Origin: the human T2T-CHM13v2.0 reference genome, Homo sapiens
Strand: one strand, 5' to 3'
Assembly (NCBI RefSeq): GCF_009914755.1
Contig: NC_060936.1
Length of the DNA stretch: 64,000 bases
A program made the translations under genes and the position numbers. Positions 1-30,672 of this stretch are shown piece after piece. The stretch's first letter is position 1; each line of letters starts with the position of its first letter. The notes beneath the pieces were generated by a model, which saw only the letters and a program-made list of their open reading frames with translations, was not told the origin of the DNA and did not search any database.

Positions 1-307
1 TAACATAAAACAAAGTACATGAATTACTGAAGCAGCTGATATTGTTCACGACCCAAATCAAATAAGATTTTTTTCATACTATATAAAATGTTACAGATAA
101 TGATAGTGAAATTATCAGGCACTTCTGCAGTGCCTTTTCTAATGCCTTTATTGTTTTTCATGAAATTCTATTATCCTCAAATTTGTAAACTCAAAGTTAG
201 ATATCTTCTTATTTCTTACTCTTAAATGCAATCTGTACATTTCTTCTGAATATATCACTGTTCCTAACATTTCCTTTGTCCTCAGAGATTTGTCTTTCTA
301 TACTTAC

Positions 308-14535
<14,228 letters not shown>

Positions 14536-14660
14536 TGTGAGGGATAAATCTCAGGGTTGTGTCCAACTCTCTGCCCTCAGCCTCGCCCTGGAGACCAGCT
14601 GAGTTTACCAGGCTTTATGTGGCCACTATGTACAAACAAGCCCCACCCCAAGGCCTCTGA
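14536..14660 (-). promoter_or_regulatory. PZP: PZP 5' UTR and proximal promoter with TATA-like CATAAA
   Basis: CATAAA on the minus strand at 14614-14619, about 80 nt upstream of the ATG. A forkhead-like TGTTTGTAC (14630-14638) and a CACCC box lie just upstream. Motif function is inferred. Confidence 0.55.
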
Positions 14661-17359
14661 ATAGAGTTCAGAATTGAGCACAGATTCCCTAAAAGGGTCA
14701 TTACTCTCAGTGGTTGCCTCATTTTTCTCAAGGCTAAATTCTGATAGGTACTGAGGCATGTCTGGAAGATAAAATTTGTATTCCATTTAGAATGAGCTTT
14801 GACAGCAAACCTCCTGATAAGGAACCTTCAACCTACCTTTCTCCATCTCTTTCAAAATCCTTACAAGCAGGTGACAAAGGATGCTGACAAAGAATGTCAG
14901 GGACATGTTACCATGATAGTAGCTCATGCATTGCAGATTCATTTCTGGGACTGAGTGAGTTATAACTATAGACTTTAGGGTTTTTGGGTTTTCTTTTTTA
15001 GCAGTTGATTGAGTACATGGTCCTGGAAGAAAGTGATATAAAATAAGGATTTCAAGAGTAGAGGATCAATGAAAGATAAAAGAGATAAAAGATCAAAGAG
15101 ATTTTAGAAAGGAGTTATCAAAGATCACACTTGTCTATTTCACAGCATTGACCTGATCAGATTCTTAGTTGATCCTATCTGTCCTTGTTACTGTCTGAGC
15201 ACTCTAACGTTTGAGTCCCTTAAACCATGTCATTGACTTTATCTGAGATTTTTTTTTTTGAGCCATACTGTGTGCTAAGTGCTATTCTGGTGATGAAAAT
15301 ACAATATTGAACAGGATATTCAGTATCCATGCTCTCATAGAACTTGTAGTACAATGATGATCACATATAAACCACCAGCAGGTTTAATGCCATCCTTAGA
15401 CTGCAGACATTGGTGTCTGTTTACATACTGTATTGCTTGAAACTTTTTGAATCAACTTTCTTTCTCTTTCTCCATATTTCAGCCTAATCATCCCTTCTTT
15501 GGAGAGCAAATTCCTGGCCACACTGCTGAAAGTGGATTCCTTCCTATTAGTTTTTATTTCACATCTTTGTTTCTTTTGTCACATTATCATAGAATGAAAT
15601 AATTTCTTTTAAATTATGAAATGTTATATATATATATACTCACAAATATAGAGAGCAAGATAAAAAACACTCGTACCTTACATGCACCCAACTTTAATAA
15701 AATTAAACACTTGCCAAGTTTGTTTAAGGTCATTTCTTCTTAAGAAATGAAAGATGGCAATGGTAGCGCTCTTTTAAAATTTGTCTAGAAGCTTTTCCAG
15801 TTTTTACCAGATCCACCAACCCAAAAAAAGAAATAAATCAAGACAAATATGGTTGGAGTTTCCTTTGTAATTCTCTCCAATCTCATTTCCCTTCCAATGT
15901 TGTGGGATTAGGAAGTTGATATGTATTCTTCAAGATGTGTTTATGTTTTTAATCCATATTTATGTAAATAATATATAGCATAATTTTGTGTTTTGTATTT
16001 TATATGTATAAGTGGTATGCACATATTGTAAAATATGTCATCACTATTATGGTTTTAAGACTTATTAGCATTGATAATGAGGATAAAATTTATTAATTTT
16101 AATGACCATCTATACGACATTCTATTGTATGAATGTGGCCGAACCTGTTACTCTATTCCCCTAGTGCTGAATTTTGGATTCTTCATAGTTTTCAACATTA
16201 CAAATAATACTGCTACAAATACGGTATGTCTACTTAAGCATATTTGCAAGACTTTCTCTAGGGTATATAGCAGAGATTGGGTTATAGGCTATATATGTAT
16301 GTACATCTTGAAATCTATCAGATTGGTAAATTGCTCTTCAGAGTATTACATGGATTTGAATACCCATCTGCAACAGTGGATATTTTCAGTTTATTATATA
16401 TTTACCATCGTTTTACTCTGCTAGGCATTTTACTTTTTATCAATCTGATGAGTGAAGCAGTATCTTGCCTTAATTTTCATTATTAATGACTTTACACATC
16501 TTTTCATATGTTTATGGACCATTTGAATTATACCATCAGTTTGATATCTCAACACAATATGTAAAGGGTCTATCAGGAACATCTCCTTGCCCCAGTTTCA
16601 TGAGCCTTGGACTCTAGACGCTGCAATTTTATTTACTAAAGGCTTTAAAATGTGCTTCTAAATCTCTCAGCCAAATATTCTGGAGCTGTTAAATACCCTA
16701 AGGGGAAAGTGCCCTTAAACACAGAATTGCCCCTTTGGGTTGCTATGTTGCTTCTGAACTTTGGATTCATAATTCTTCACAGTCTTTGCTTTTCAATACC
16801 TCCAGTGAATATATATATAACCAACCATTCCTAATTTAAGTGGGAAGTTTGGTCTCAATTACCTTGTATACCATTACTGGAAAGGAAAGTCTTAAGTGTG
16901 TATTTTTATTTTATATAAAGAGTATTGGAAAAAGACCTTGCCTGTTTCTTATTCTTTTTAGTTATTGCTAGTTTTAAAACATCCTCCCATGTTTATATGT
17001 TTATATGTATGTATTTTATTAATTGCATTTTATTACAGTATAGCCCTCTTTGGTGATCATCCAAGAGGTTTAATGTTTCCACTCTCCTAATGATAAAAAC
17101 AGGATTGTCTCTATTGTCCTGCCATGAGGAAATAATGCTTTGATAAATATCTTTTTACATATACCCTTTGAGACAGGTAAATCCTCTTGCAAGACGCATA
17201 CACAGGAGTGAGATTGTTGTATGAGAGGCATGTACTTAAGTGACTAAATAGTGACAAATAACTCTCCAGAATGGTTGCATCACACCACAATTCTACCAGT
17301 AGTGCATGAGGATTTTCGTATCCCCATATTGCCACCAATACTCTAGCTTTTACATTTTT

Positions 17360-18630
17360 CTTCCAGTATTCCTTTAAATAAGCTTTCTGCTCATTTCCCT
17401 CTTTTCTCCTTCTAGGACTCCCATAATATGTGTATTTGCATGCTTGATGGTATTCCATAGGTCCCTTATACTTTCTTCACTCTTCTTTAATTTTTTTTCT
17501 TTTTTCACCTTTAATTAACTATTTACATGACCTGTCTTCAAGTTACTAATTCTTTCTTTTGTGTGACTGTGTTTGCTGTTGAAGCTCTCCATTAAAATAT
17601 TCAGTTCTGTTCTTATATAATTTTTGTGTGTTTTTTCTTAATGGTTTCTATTTCTTTATTAAACTTCTCATTTTGTTCATACATTGTTTTTCTAATTTTA
17701 TTTAGTTGTCTATCTGTGTTTTCTTGCATCTTACTGAGCATCTTTAAGATGATTATTTTGAATTTTGGGGGGAAATTTGTAGATCTCCATTTGGGGTGGA
17801 GATTAGTTACTGGAACTTCATTAGTTTCCTTTGGTGGTATTATGTTTGCCTGGTTCATCATTATCTGTGTAACTTTGCATTGGTTTCTATGCATCTGAAG
17901 GAGCAAACACCTTTTCCCATCTTTATAGACTGGTTTTACAGGTAAAGATCCTCAGGATCCTCCTGTTGGGTTCCCAGGATTGACAAGATTGCTTCCAGAA
18001 TTGTGGTCAACTGGAGGTAGAGCCAGGTCACATGGTTTTGCTGGGTCAACAGTGAGGTCTGTGGTTGGCAGGCCTGTTAACTGGGGCTCTAGTAGGCTTA
18101 GATTCTGTCTGTTCCCTGGGTAAATTGGACTGCCTCCTAGACCTTGGTCAGTAGGTCTGGCACTGGGATGAGGGTCTACTTTAGAGTCCACAGATTGTAG
18201 GCTAGTTACGAGATATGTGGATGAATGTGGCTTCCTCTGGGTCCTTAGGAGGGCTCCTACTGGGTCACTGGGTAGGTTCCTAGGCAGACAGTGCTGGTCC
18301 AGATTGCAGCTGAGAGAAAAGAGAACCAAGTAACAGGGCTGCCTCAGGGCCTACAGCTGAGACCCAGGTCTTCAGGCCTGCCTCTGGGTTCATGAATGGG
18401 CATGTGTCCCACTGGGTCCCTGAGTGGGCAGGCCTGCTCTCAAATCACAGATGAGAGGGCCTGGAGCCAGTATACAGTGCTGTTTTAAGATCCACAGTGG
18501 GACCAAGTTCAGCCTACCAGGGCACTTGTGAGCATTTCTCCCATTAGGTCCCTGTGAGGGCAAGACTGCTCTTAGACTGCATCATAGAGGAGCTGGTACC
18601 AGATTTCAAGGCCATTTTAGGATTCACTGT
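17360..18630 (-). mobile_element. Old L1 5' region / ORF1 fragment
   Basis: ORF 17613-17906 (MQENTDRQLNKIRK...NKEIETIKK) resembles the L1 ORF1p coiled coil. Confidence 0.7.
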
Positions 18631-18969
18631 ATAAGAAAGAAAGTAGCCAATCATCTTTTCTAGTTTTTTTATGTTAGTTATTTTCTTTCATTAAATGTTA
18701 TAACTAATATGTATAGTTGAGGCCATGGTAGAAACAGTAGTGACAAAAAACATAACTGTCTATGCAAGATAATAGGACAAATGTTTTCCAAATGAGGAAA
18801 AGAGTAGTTTTGTCTTAAAATATCTGATTTTTCCAGAATGTGAAATGGGACAGTGAAAGAGAAAATCTGAATGAATGTACAATAAAGTTTGCAGGAAAGG
18901 AAATTATTTCCTTCATTTATAACATTGAATCTGAAAAAAAAAAACCAGTAAATTTTTTCCATAGTTGGC

Positions 18970-20670
18970 TATTTTTTACAATTTTTAAATGGACACAAAT
19001 TCCCATTACATAACATTTATTACATTACAGTGTACAATTCAGTGGCTGTTAGTATGCTCATGGTGTTATGTAATTATTACCACTATGAAATTATGGAACA
19101 TTTCCATCACCCCCAAAAGAAACTACATACATGTTAGTAGTCACTTCCTATTTTCAACAAGTAGAAATACTAATTCGTGCATTCTCTGCAAACACTAATC
19201 TACTTTATATTTTTATGAATTTACCTATTTGGACATTTCATATTAATAGAATCATAATATATGTGGCCTATGTTGTGTGGCTTCTTTCACATAGCGTGAT
19301 GTTTTCAAAGTTCTTCCATGTTGTAGCATATATATAGTACTTCATTCCTTTACATGAGTGAACGATATTGAACAATATTCCAATGTATGGACATACCACA
19401 TTTTGTTTATCCATTCCTCAGTTGATAGACATTTGAGTTATTCTCATTTATTAGCTATTGTGAATAATTCTGCTATAAATATTTGTATACAAGTGTTTGC
19501 ATGAGCATATGATTTCATTTTTTGGGGGAATATATACAGGAGTGAATCTGTGGGTCATATGGTAGCTCAGTGTTTAACTTTTTGCAGAACTGCCAGACTA
19601 TTTTTCACAGTGGCTGAAACATTTTAAATTCCCACCAGCAGTGTATGAACATCCCATTTTCTCCACATTTTTGGCAACATTTGTTATTCTGTCTATATTT
19701 AATTTTTAGAATGATAGCCATAGTGGATATAAAGAGGTATCTCTTTATGGTTTTAATTTGTATTTTCCTAGTGAATAATGATTTTGAGCATATTCTCATG
19801 TGCTTACTGACCATTTATGTATCATCTTTAGAGGAATGTCTGTTGAATTCCTTTGCCCATCTTTTAATTCAATTGTTTATCTTTTTATTGTTGAATTGTA
19901 AGAGTTCTTTACATATTTTGGATCTTTGATCTTTATCAGATATATAATTTGCAAATATTTACTCCTGTTCTGTGAGTTGTCTCTTCATGCATGATAGCGT
20001 CCTGAGACACATAGAAGTTTTTAGTTTTAATAAAATACAATTTAAAACATTTTTTGGTTCATTGTGCTTCTGATGTCATATTTAATAAATTATTGCCTAA
20101 TCCAAGGTCCCAAGGATTTATACCTATGTCTCCTCCTAGGAGTTTTATTATTTTAGCTCTTACATTTGGGTTTGTAATCGATTTGAGTTAATTTTTTGTA
20201 TATAATGTGTGTTAGGGGTCCAACTCCAATCTTTCTTTTGCATATGGGTATTTGTTTTTTTCATCATTTATGTTGAAAATATTATCCTTTCCCCATTAAA
20301 TGTTCTTGGCACCCTTTTCAAAAATAAACTGACCAAAAATGTGTGGATTTATTTATGGACTCTCAATGTTCTTCCATTGATCTATATATCTATCCTTATG
20401 CTAGTACCATGCTGTCTTGAGATTGCTACAGCTTGTGTGGTAAGTTTCAAAATTAGAAAGTAGAAAAGCTCTTAGTTCTTTTTTTCCCTTCAACATTGTT
20501 GTGACTAATATGAATCTTTATAATATCCAAATGAATCTAAGAATCAGTCTGTCCTTTCTGTATAAAAGACGGTCGTAATTTTGATGGAATTGTGTTGAAT
20601 CTGTACATCAATTTGGGGACTATCTTTGTTATCTTTATCCGATTAAGTCTTCCAACTCGTGAGCATGGAG
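18970..20670 (-). mobile_element. L1M(B)-type 3' end and ORF2 C-terminal fragment
   Basis: ORF2-like peptide (KHMRICSKSL..KIQIKT..HCWWE) plus an old L1 3' UTR. Confidence 0.8.
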
Positions 20671-22838
20671 GTATTTTAGAGTTCCTTACTCTGCCTTTTG
20701 TGCTAATGTCACCTTTGGCTTAATTTTAATTGGCTTATTAATTTAAAGGTTTATAAAAGATTACTGCCAAATATATTTATACAGAAATAATTTTACTTTC
20801 TTTTTTTTAAATGACATATTGTTTTTAGAGTGCTTAACAAAGGTTATGAGATTATTACTTACCTTTTGTTGCAATGCGTCCGTCCAGATAGCAGTTATTT
20901 GATGACTCACTAGAATATTTCTCTCTGCTTTGTGTTGACTTTACAGTTATGTTACCTTTTCTAATGCTAATTTTAAAATATTTGCTTGTCATTTTGATTA
21001 CGTAAGTGTAACTGAGTATTACTTCTTGGGCATATAATGCTATTTAATGGAGTAACCAGTGGCAACTCTTGCTTTTGCCTTCCAAAAATAGAATCTTAAA
21101 AAAAAATTTTTAAGTCAGTTTTAAAATCAGGTATTTGATTTTTTCCAACTGAGTTGTAGGGGTTCCTTATATATTTTGAAAGTTAACCCATTTAACCCAT
21201 TATCAGATATATGATTTGAATTTTTTTCCCTCTCATTCCATAGATTTCCTATTCATTTTGTTAGTATTCCAATAGAAAATTTTGCCCTCCTCCATTCTTA
21301 CATTATTGGTTATACTAATAAATTAATCTCATTATGAAGCAGATTGTTGCTTCTTTATGCTTGCTGAAGGCATCTGGAAAGAACCCTATTAGACACTGTG
21401 AACTTTGATATTTCAAACAATGGACCCTTGAATTGAATCCTCTGAGGTGTTATTCTTTTGTCAACTTTCAGACTGTACCAGTGGCTTGAGGCAGGATTTC
21501 CAAGACTCTTTTTAGTTCAGAAGCAAACATACTTCCTTAAAAAAGAATGCTTGACACAAGATCAAACAAAAGAAGAATTACTAGGACTGAAAAAAAACTG
21601 AGAAAAAAATTAAATTGTGATTACTTTTTTGGAATATGGTAGGCATTATTTTAATTACGTTTTTAATAAATACGAAAAAAGTCCTTTCTCTTTCTTTTTA
21701 TACAATATGTAACTCTTAATTTAGAAGATTTTACATCTGTGGGTTGAATTAAACATTTTTAAATGATACCTGATTTTTGTGGACTCCATTAGAATTCAGA
21801 AAAAAAGAATACTTTTACTGAGTCTCCTTACTTTTCATGGCATGTAGTTATTTACATTATTTAATAAAAATCTGTTTTCCTTTTAACCTGTATATAATTG
21901 GATACATCGATACAGTTATATTAAAGTATACCTTGTGTGTTAGTATTTGAAAATACTCATTTAATCAGGCATGATAAGCCCATTATGAGAGGACTTCAGA
22001 AAGTCCTAGGTATCCTAAATATATATGTACCCAATACAGGAGCACCCAAATACATAAAGCAAGCTCTTACAGACCTATGAAGAGACATAGATTCCAACAC
22101 AATAATAGCAGTAGACTTCAATAGAGCATTGACAGTATTAGATCACTGAGGCAGAAAACTAACAGAGATATTCAGGACCTGAACTTGACGCTTGACCAAA
22201 TGGACCTAATAGACATCTACAGAACTCCCTACCCCAAAACAACAGAATATATATTCTTCTCATTGCCACATGGCAAATATTCTGAAACTGTCCACAAAAT
22301 TGGATAAAAGAATCCTCAGCAAATCCAGAGAAGCCAAAATCATACTAAACACAGTCTCAGACCACAGTGCAATAAAAATAGAAATCAATACTAAGAAGAT
22401 CCCTTAAATCCATACAATTACATGGAAAGTAAATAACATGCCCTGAATGGCTTTTGGGTAAACAATGAAATTAAAGCAGAAATCAAGAAATTCTTTGAAA
22501 CGAATGAGAACAAAGATAGAAAATACCAGAATATCGGAGACACGTCTAAAGCAGTGTTAAGAGGGAAGTTTATAAGGCTAAACATTCACATCAAAAAGTT
22601 ACAAGATCTCAAAGTAACAACCTAGCATCATATCTAGAGGAACTAGAGATATAAGAGTAAACCAACCCCAAAGCTAGCAGGAGAAATGAAATAACCAAAA
22701 TCAGAATTTAAATGGAGGAAGTTAAGATGCAAAATAAATAAATAAATAAATACAAAAGATCAATGAATTGAGGAGTGGATTTTTGAAAGGATAGATAAGG
22801 TTGATAGAACACTAGATAGACTAATAAAGAAAAAAAGA

Positions 22839-23193
<355 letters not shown>

Positions 23194-23670
23194 TTACCAC
23201 CAACTCCACAGAAATGCAAAAGAACCTCAGATACTACTAAGGACACCTCTGTGCAAACAAACTAGAAAACCTATAAGAAATGGATAAATTCCTGAAAACA
23301 TTCAACCTCCCAAGACTGAACCAAGAAGAGACTGAATCCCTGAACAGAGCTATAATAATTTCTGATATTGAATCAGTAATAAAATGCCTACCAACCAGAA
23401 AAAGCCCAAGACCAGATTCACAGCCAAATTCTACCAGATACATAAAGAAGAGATGGTACCATTCCTATTGAAATTACTTCCAAAAGTTGAGGAGGAAGGA
23501 CTCCTCCCTAAATCATTCTATGAGGCTAGCATTATCTTGATACCAAAACCTGACAGAGACAGAACAAAAAAAGAAAACTTTAGGCCAATACACTCAATGT
23601 ACATAGATGCAAAAATCCTCAACAAAATATTAGCAAACCGAATCCAGCAGCACATCAAAAAGCTAATTCA

Positions 23671-25167
23671 TTGTCAGATGTATAGATTGTGAAGATTTTC
23701 TCCCACTCCGTGGGTTGTCTGTTTACTCTGCTGACTGTTCTTTTTGCCATGTAAAAGTTCTTTAGTTTAATTAAGTCCCACCTATTTATCTTTGTTTTTA
23801 TTGCATTTGCTTTTGAGTTTTTGGTCTTGAAATCCTTGCCTAAGCCAAAATCTAGAAGGGTTTTTCTGATGTTATCTTCTAGAATTTTTATGGTTTCAGG
23901 ACTTAGATTTAAGTCCTTGATCCACCTTGAGTTGATTTTTGCATAAGGTGAGAGATGGGGATCCAGTTTCATTCTCGTACATATGGCTTGCCAATTATCC
24001 CAGCACTATTTGTTAAATAAAATGTCCTTTTCCCATTTTATATTTTTGTTTGCTTTGTCAAAGATCAGTTGGCTGTAAATAGTTGGGTTTATTTCTAGGT
24101 TCCCTATTCTGTTCCATTAGTCTATATGCCTATTTTTATATCAGTACCATGCTATTTTGGTGACTATGGCCTCATAGTTTAGTTTGAAATCAAGTAATGT
24201 GATGCCTCCATAGTTTTTTGTTTGTTTGTTTGTTTGTTTTTATTTGTTTGTTTTTTTAAGTCTTTCTTTGGCTATGCGGGATCCTTTTATGTTCCATATG
24301 AATTTTAGGATTTTTTTCTAGTTCTGTGAAGAATGATGATGATATTTTGATAACAACACAATTCGCAATTGCAAAATTTTGGAACCAGCCCAAATGCCCA
24401 TCAATCAATGAGTGGATAAAGAAACTGTGGTATATATATGATAGAATGCTACTTAGCCATAAAAAGGAATGTATTAATGGCATTCACAGCAACCTGGATG
24501 GGACTGGAGACTATTATTCTAAGTGAAGTGACTCAGGAATGGAAAACCAAACATTATATGTTCTCGCTCATAAGTGAGAGCTAAGCTATGAGCATGCAAA
24601 GGCATAAAAATGATACAGTGGACTTTGGGGACTTGTGAGGAAAGGGTGGGAAATGGGTGAGGGATAAAAGACTACAAACTGGGTTCGGTGTATTCTGGTT
24701 GTGAGGCTGGAAAATAGGGTCTGGAGGCAGGGAACATAAGGCTGATTCACACTTCAGCTATAACAGGAAATATCCTCTCTATAAGGCGTAGGCCAAGTAA
24801 ATGACTTTGTAACTTTACTTCATCTTCTTCATTTACATAGGGTGTACCCCAAGTAGAGGGTATTTAAACTCCCAAAAGTTCTGTAATGGAGCCTTTGTGT
24901 CCCTATGCTCAGTCCCGCTCTTACACCGTGGAATGTACTTTCATTTTCAATAAAACCCTTCATTCCTTCCTTGCTTTGTTAGTGAGTTTTGTCCAATTCT
25001 TTGTTCAAGACACCAAGAACCTTGGATACTCTCTACCGCTAACATTTGTGTGATGGGTGCACCAAAATCTCACAAATCACCACTAAATAACTTACTCATG
25101 TAACTGAACACCACCTGTTCACCAAAATCCTATGGAAATAAAAATAAATAAATAAATGCATGCCAAA
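23671..25167 (+). mobile_element. L1PB-type element with 5' inversion (23671-~24340 minus; ~24345-25167 plus)
   Basis: Inverted ORF2 segment followed by a sense 3' end; TSD AAAAAGCTAAT(T/C)CA (23657-23670 / 25168-25181). Confidence 0.82.
24702..25044 (+). mobile_element. ERV1 solo LTR, MER61A-like
   Basis: TG...CA termini, 343 bp, TATTTAAA box and AATAAA, 4-bp TSD GTTG/TTTG; interrupts an L1 3' UTR. Confidence 0.8.
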
Positions 25168-27620
25168 AAAAAGCTAATCCACCATTATCAAGTGGGCTTT
25201 ATTCTTGGTTCAACATGCATAAATCAATAAATGTTATTTACCACATAAACAGAATGCCGAACTGAAAAACCACATGATCACCTCAATAGACGCAGAAAGG
25301 GCTTTCAATAAAAATCAAAATTCTTTCATGTTAAAAACCCACAAAATCTAGGCATTGAATGAACATACTTCAAAATAATAAAAACCATGTATTAAAAACA
25401 CACAGCCAACATCATACTGAATGGGCAAAAGCTGGAAGCATTCCTCTTGAAAACTGGGATGAGACAAAGATGCCTTCTCTTACCACTCCTATTCAACATA
25501 GTACTGGAATTCTTAGCCAGCACAATCAGGCAAGAGAAAGAAATAAAAGGCATCCAAATAGGAAGAGAGGAAGTTAAGCTCTCCCTGTTTGCGAATGATA
25601 TGATTCTATATCTAGAAAACCTCATCATCTCTGCCGAAAAGCTCCTTGATCTGATAAACAACTGATACCCAAAGCAATCCTAAGCAAAAAGAACATAGCG
25701 GGAGACATCATAGTCCCCAATTTCAAACTATACTACAGGGCTACAGTAACCAAAACAGCGTGGTCCTGGTACAAAAACAGACTTCCAGACCAATGGAACA
25801 AAATGGAGAGCCCAGAAATAATGCCACACACCTACAACCATCTAATCTTTGACAACGTTGACAAAAGCAAGCAAGGGGGAAAGGACTCTATTCAATAAAT
25901 GGTGCTGGAATAACTGGCTAGCCATACGCAGAAGATTGAACTTGGACCTCTTGCTTACACCATATGCAAAAATCAAATCAAGATGGATTAAAGACCTAAA
26001 TGTAAAACCTAAAACTATAAAATCCTGGAAGATAACCTAGAAAATACCTTTCTGGGCATAGGCCCTTGTAAAGATTTCATGATGGAGATGTTAAAAGCAA
26101 TTGCAACAAAATCAAAAATTGACAAGTGGGACCTAATTAGACTAAGGAGCATCTGCACAGCAAAAGAAACTATCAACAGAGGAAACAGTCAACCTACAAA
26201 ACAGAAAATATTTGCAAACTATGCATCTGACAAAGGTCTAATATCCAGCATCTATAAGGAACTTGCTTAAGAAATTAACAAGCAAGAAACAAAGAACACC
26301 ATAAAAATGTGGGCAAAGGACAGGAACAGACACTTCTCAAAAGAAAACATTCATGTGGCCAATAAGCTTATGAAAAAATATTCGACATCACTAATCGTTA
26401 GAGAAATGCAAATCAAAACCACATTGAGATACTATCTCACACCAGTCAGAATGGCTATTAGATGGTGGCAATGTCATAGAGAAAAAGGAATGCTTATACA
26501 CTGCTGGTGGGAATGTAATTTAGTTCACCTACTGTGGAGAGCAATTTGGTGATTTCTCAAAGATCTTAAAATGGAATTACCATCTGACCCAGAAATCCCA
26601 TTATTGGGTATATACCCAAAGGAATATAAATCATTCTACCATAAAGGCACATACATGCAGTTCATTGCAGCATTATTCACAATAGCTAAGCCATGGAATC
26701 AATCTAAATGCCCACCAATGGTAGACTGGATAAAGAAAACATGCCACATATACACTATGGAATACTACACAGCCATAAGAAAGAATGAGATCACGTCCTT
26801 TGCAGCAAAATTGATGGAGCTGGAGACCATCATCCTAAGCAAACTAACACAGGGACAGAAAACCAAATACTGTATGTTCTCACTTATTAGTGGTAGCTAC
26901 ACATTGAGTACACGTGGACATAAGGAAGGAAACAACAGATGCCAGGGCCTACTTGCACGTGGAGAATGGAAGAGTGAGGATTGAAAAACTACCTATTGGG
27001 TACTATGCTTTTTACGTGGGTGATAAAATAATTATACACCAAGCCCCCATGACACACAATTTATCTATATAGCAAACCTGCACATGTACCCTTGAACCTA
27101 AAATACAAGTTAAAAAAGAACAATTTTTGGTGAGGGGAGACTCTGAAAAAAAGTATCAGAAACTCAAAAATAAGGTAAAATGATGGTAGTACATTCTTTC
27201 AATACTATTTTGGGGTAAGGGTCACTTAAGTATTATCTAGGGGAATATCCTTAGTTCATCTCATTATTTATCATAAAGATTCCAAACTTACTAAAGTTAC
27301 TTTTTGACTTTTATCAAGTACCAGTATAAATCATTTCTGTCCAATGGAATAGAAACCTAAGATTTTTACCATATTGTAACATTAACCAGTTTTATACATA
27401 ACATGTCATTCTTATCCTAACAGATTTTTTGTTTGTTTGTTTGTTTAATTGTATGCAAATATGTTAGTTTTTTAATATGCTCTTTGAATTGGTAATAACA
27501 TCCTACTGGTTATTTCTTTGACATGTGTGTTGTTTTTACATTTGCCTAAGAATCATGGTTTTATCCTTTTCAAATTATGTTTTTACCAAAAATTTGTCAA
27601 AATAGACAGTTACCATAGTT

Positions 27621-27932
<312 letters not shown>

Positions 27933-28551
27933 TTACCACAGTTAATAATACTTACCTATGAGCCTCAGTATGAATTATAAAATATTTTATAGAAAAGTAC
28001 TCTTTATACAATTTGACAAAGGCATTCTCTTTTATTTTCAATATTTTACTTTTTTATGCCTGCTACAAAGAAGCAATTTAAGTTTTCATTCAGCTGCTCT
28101 GTGATGTGGAAAGAGTATTTTTGGGCCAAGTGTTATTCAAGTGTACTGATGATGAAAGTCTTTTGTTAATATATGAACAGACTTTGAGTAATCAGAGATC
28201 GTTTACTGGAAATGACAAGTTTCATCTTGTCTGATTAAGTACACATTAAATCTTGGCACAGACTTTCTTAGGCAAAACTTTGCTCAACAGTAATTTGAAT
28301 CCACATAGAACCCTTGCCTTTAGTACCTTGAATATTCTTTGTTATTGCATTAATTCCCATTCCTAAATTTTACAAGATGTCTGAGACTATTAAGTAAAAT
28401 GCATAAAGATATTTCTCATATTATTGCTGTTTAAGTGACTCCTTTACGTTTTAAAAATTCCTAAGAAAGGTCTTTTACAATACTTCTACTTTGCATTAAA
28501 TAATAATCAAACCTCGCCTTGGGGGTGTGCCAGACAGATTAAAATGAATAA

Positions 28552-28892
<341 letters not shown>

Positions 28893-29083
28893 AGATTTGC
28901 TTTTTTATTATAAATCATCTTTTAATTTTCCTTATTAACACAGAAATAAACAAGAAAATTCTTCCTGGAGAACTTTAAGAACACAAAGAGATGTGTCTTT
29001 TCTGAGATAAGCTCTAAGCATGACAGAGGTCTAGAAATGGAAAGCTGAACCCCACGTCTCAGATTTTATTATTTATTATCTGG

Positions 29084-29566
<483 letters not shown>

Positions 29567-29719
29567 AAGACATTTTCATTGTTAAGTTAAACTCTGTGGA
29601 AATATGTAAAACATGTATTCTTCCTCCACCCAACCATCTGGATCTGCTTAAAAGACAATTAAAAATTTGCTAAGTAAACTTGGCCAACGAATGAAAAGAT
29701 ACTATTTTAATTGGAGATT

Positions 29720-30181
29720 ATAGTAGTTTTCTAGGACTGCCATAACAAAATACTGCAAAGTGGGCGGCTTAACACAACATACATTTATTCTCTGTTGGTT
29801 GTGGAGGCTCACAGTCCAAAATCAAGGTATTGGTAGGGTCATGATCCCACAGAACGCTCTAGGGAGAATCTGCCCCATGCCTTTCTCTTAGCTTCTGGTG
29901 TTGTGAGCAATCCTTAGTGTTCCTGTGTTTGCCCCCATCATCACACAGAGTTTTCCTTGTGGTCTGTCTGCATCACCTTTCCTCTGTACACGTATCATTT
30001 CTTCTTACAGGACACCAGTCCTACCGGATTAGGGACCCACACTACTCCAGTATGACTTTATCTTAACTTACATCTTAATTACAACTCCACGGACCCTATT
30101 TCCAAATAAAGCGACATTCGCAGGTACCAGGCGTTAGGACTTCAACATATCTTTTTTGGGGACACAAATCAAACTACAACA
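29720..30181 (-). mobile_element. MaLR solo LTR (MLT1B/C-like)
   Basis: Characteristic MLT1 motifs (ctgccataacaaa, tccaaaatcaaggt, ggacttcaacatat). Confidence 0.75.
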
Positions 30182-30672
30182 AAGATCATTTGTATTTACC
30201 TTTCTGATAATTGTTAACAGTTCCTTTTGCAAGATAGAGGCCATGATTTCCCATGTAGAGCTCACTGAATGTATAAAATGTACTTTCAAACAAGTTTTGC
30301 TCAAAGTCCCAATAAATAACCATTTTTTTCCTTCTCATTTATTTGACTTTGGGAAAATATCAAAATCTTCTTCCTTAAAGTGTTTGTGAAACATTAAGCA
30401 ACTCAAACCAGGTTCGAGTCAAAATGATTTTTCTAGCTCATGTTTCCTACTGGTGTGTGCTAACACCTTAGTGTTACTCCATTTCTCCTCTAATTCCCTA
30501 CCTACAGGAATACGCTTACTCAGGCACTGACACACTTAATCACCCCTTTGTTTTAATGAGTGCCTACAACCTTCCCAGCACTGTGTTGGGTGAACAGGCT
30601 GCACAGACATGATTAAGATACAGGTTTGGCTTTCAAAGAGGTATGAGTATATGGATGAGAGGAAAATAAATC

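Noticed and set aside
14941-14952. CTGGGA IL-6 response-like motif upstream of PZP
   Set aside because: Reads TTCTGGGAC rather than a full TTCnnnGAA STAT site, and is short enough to occur by chance.
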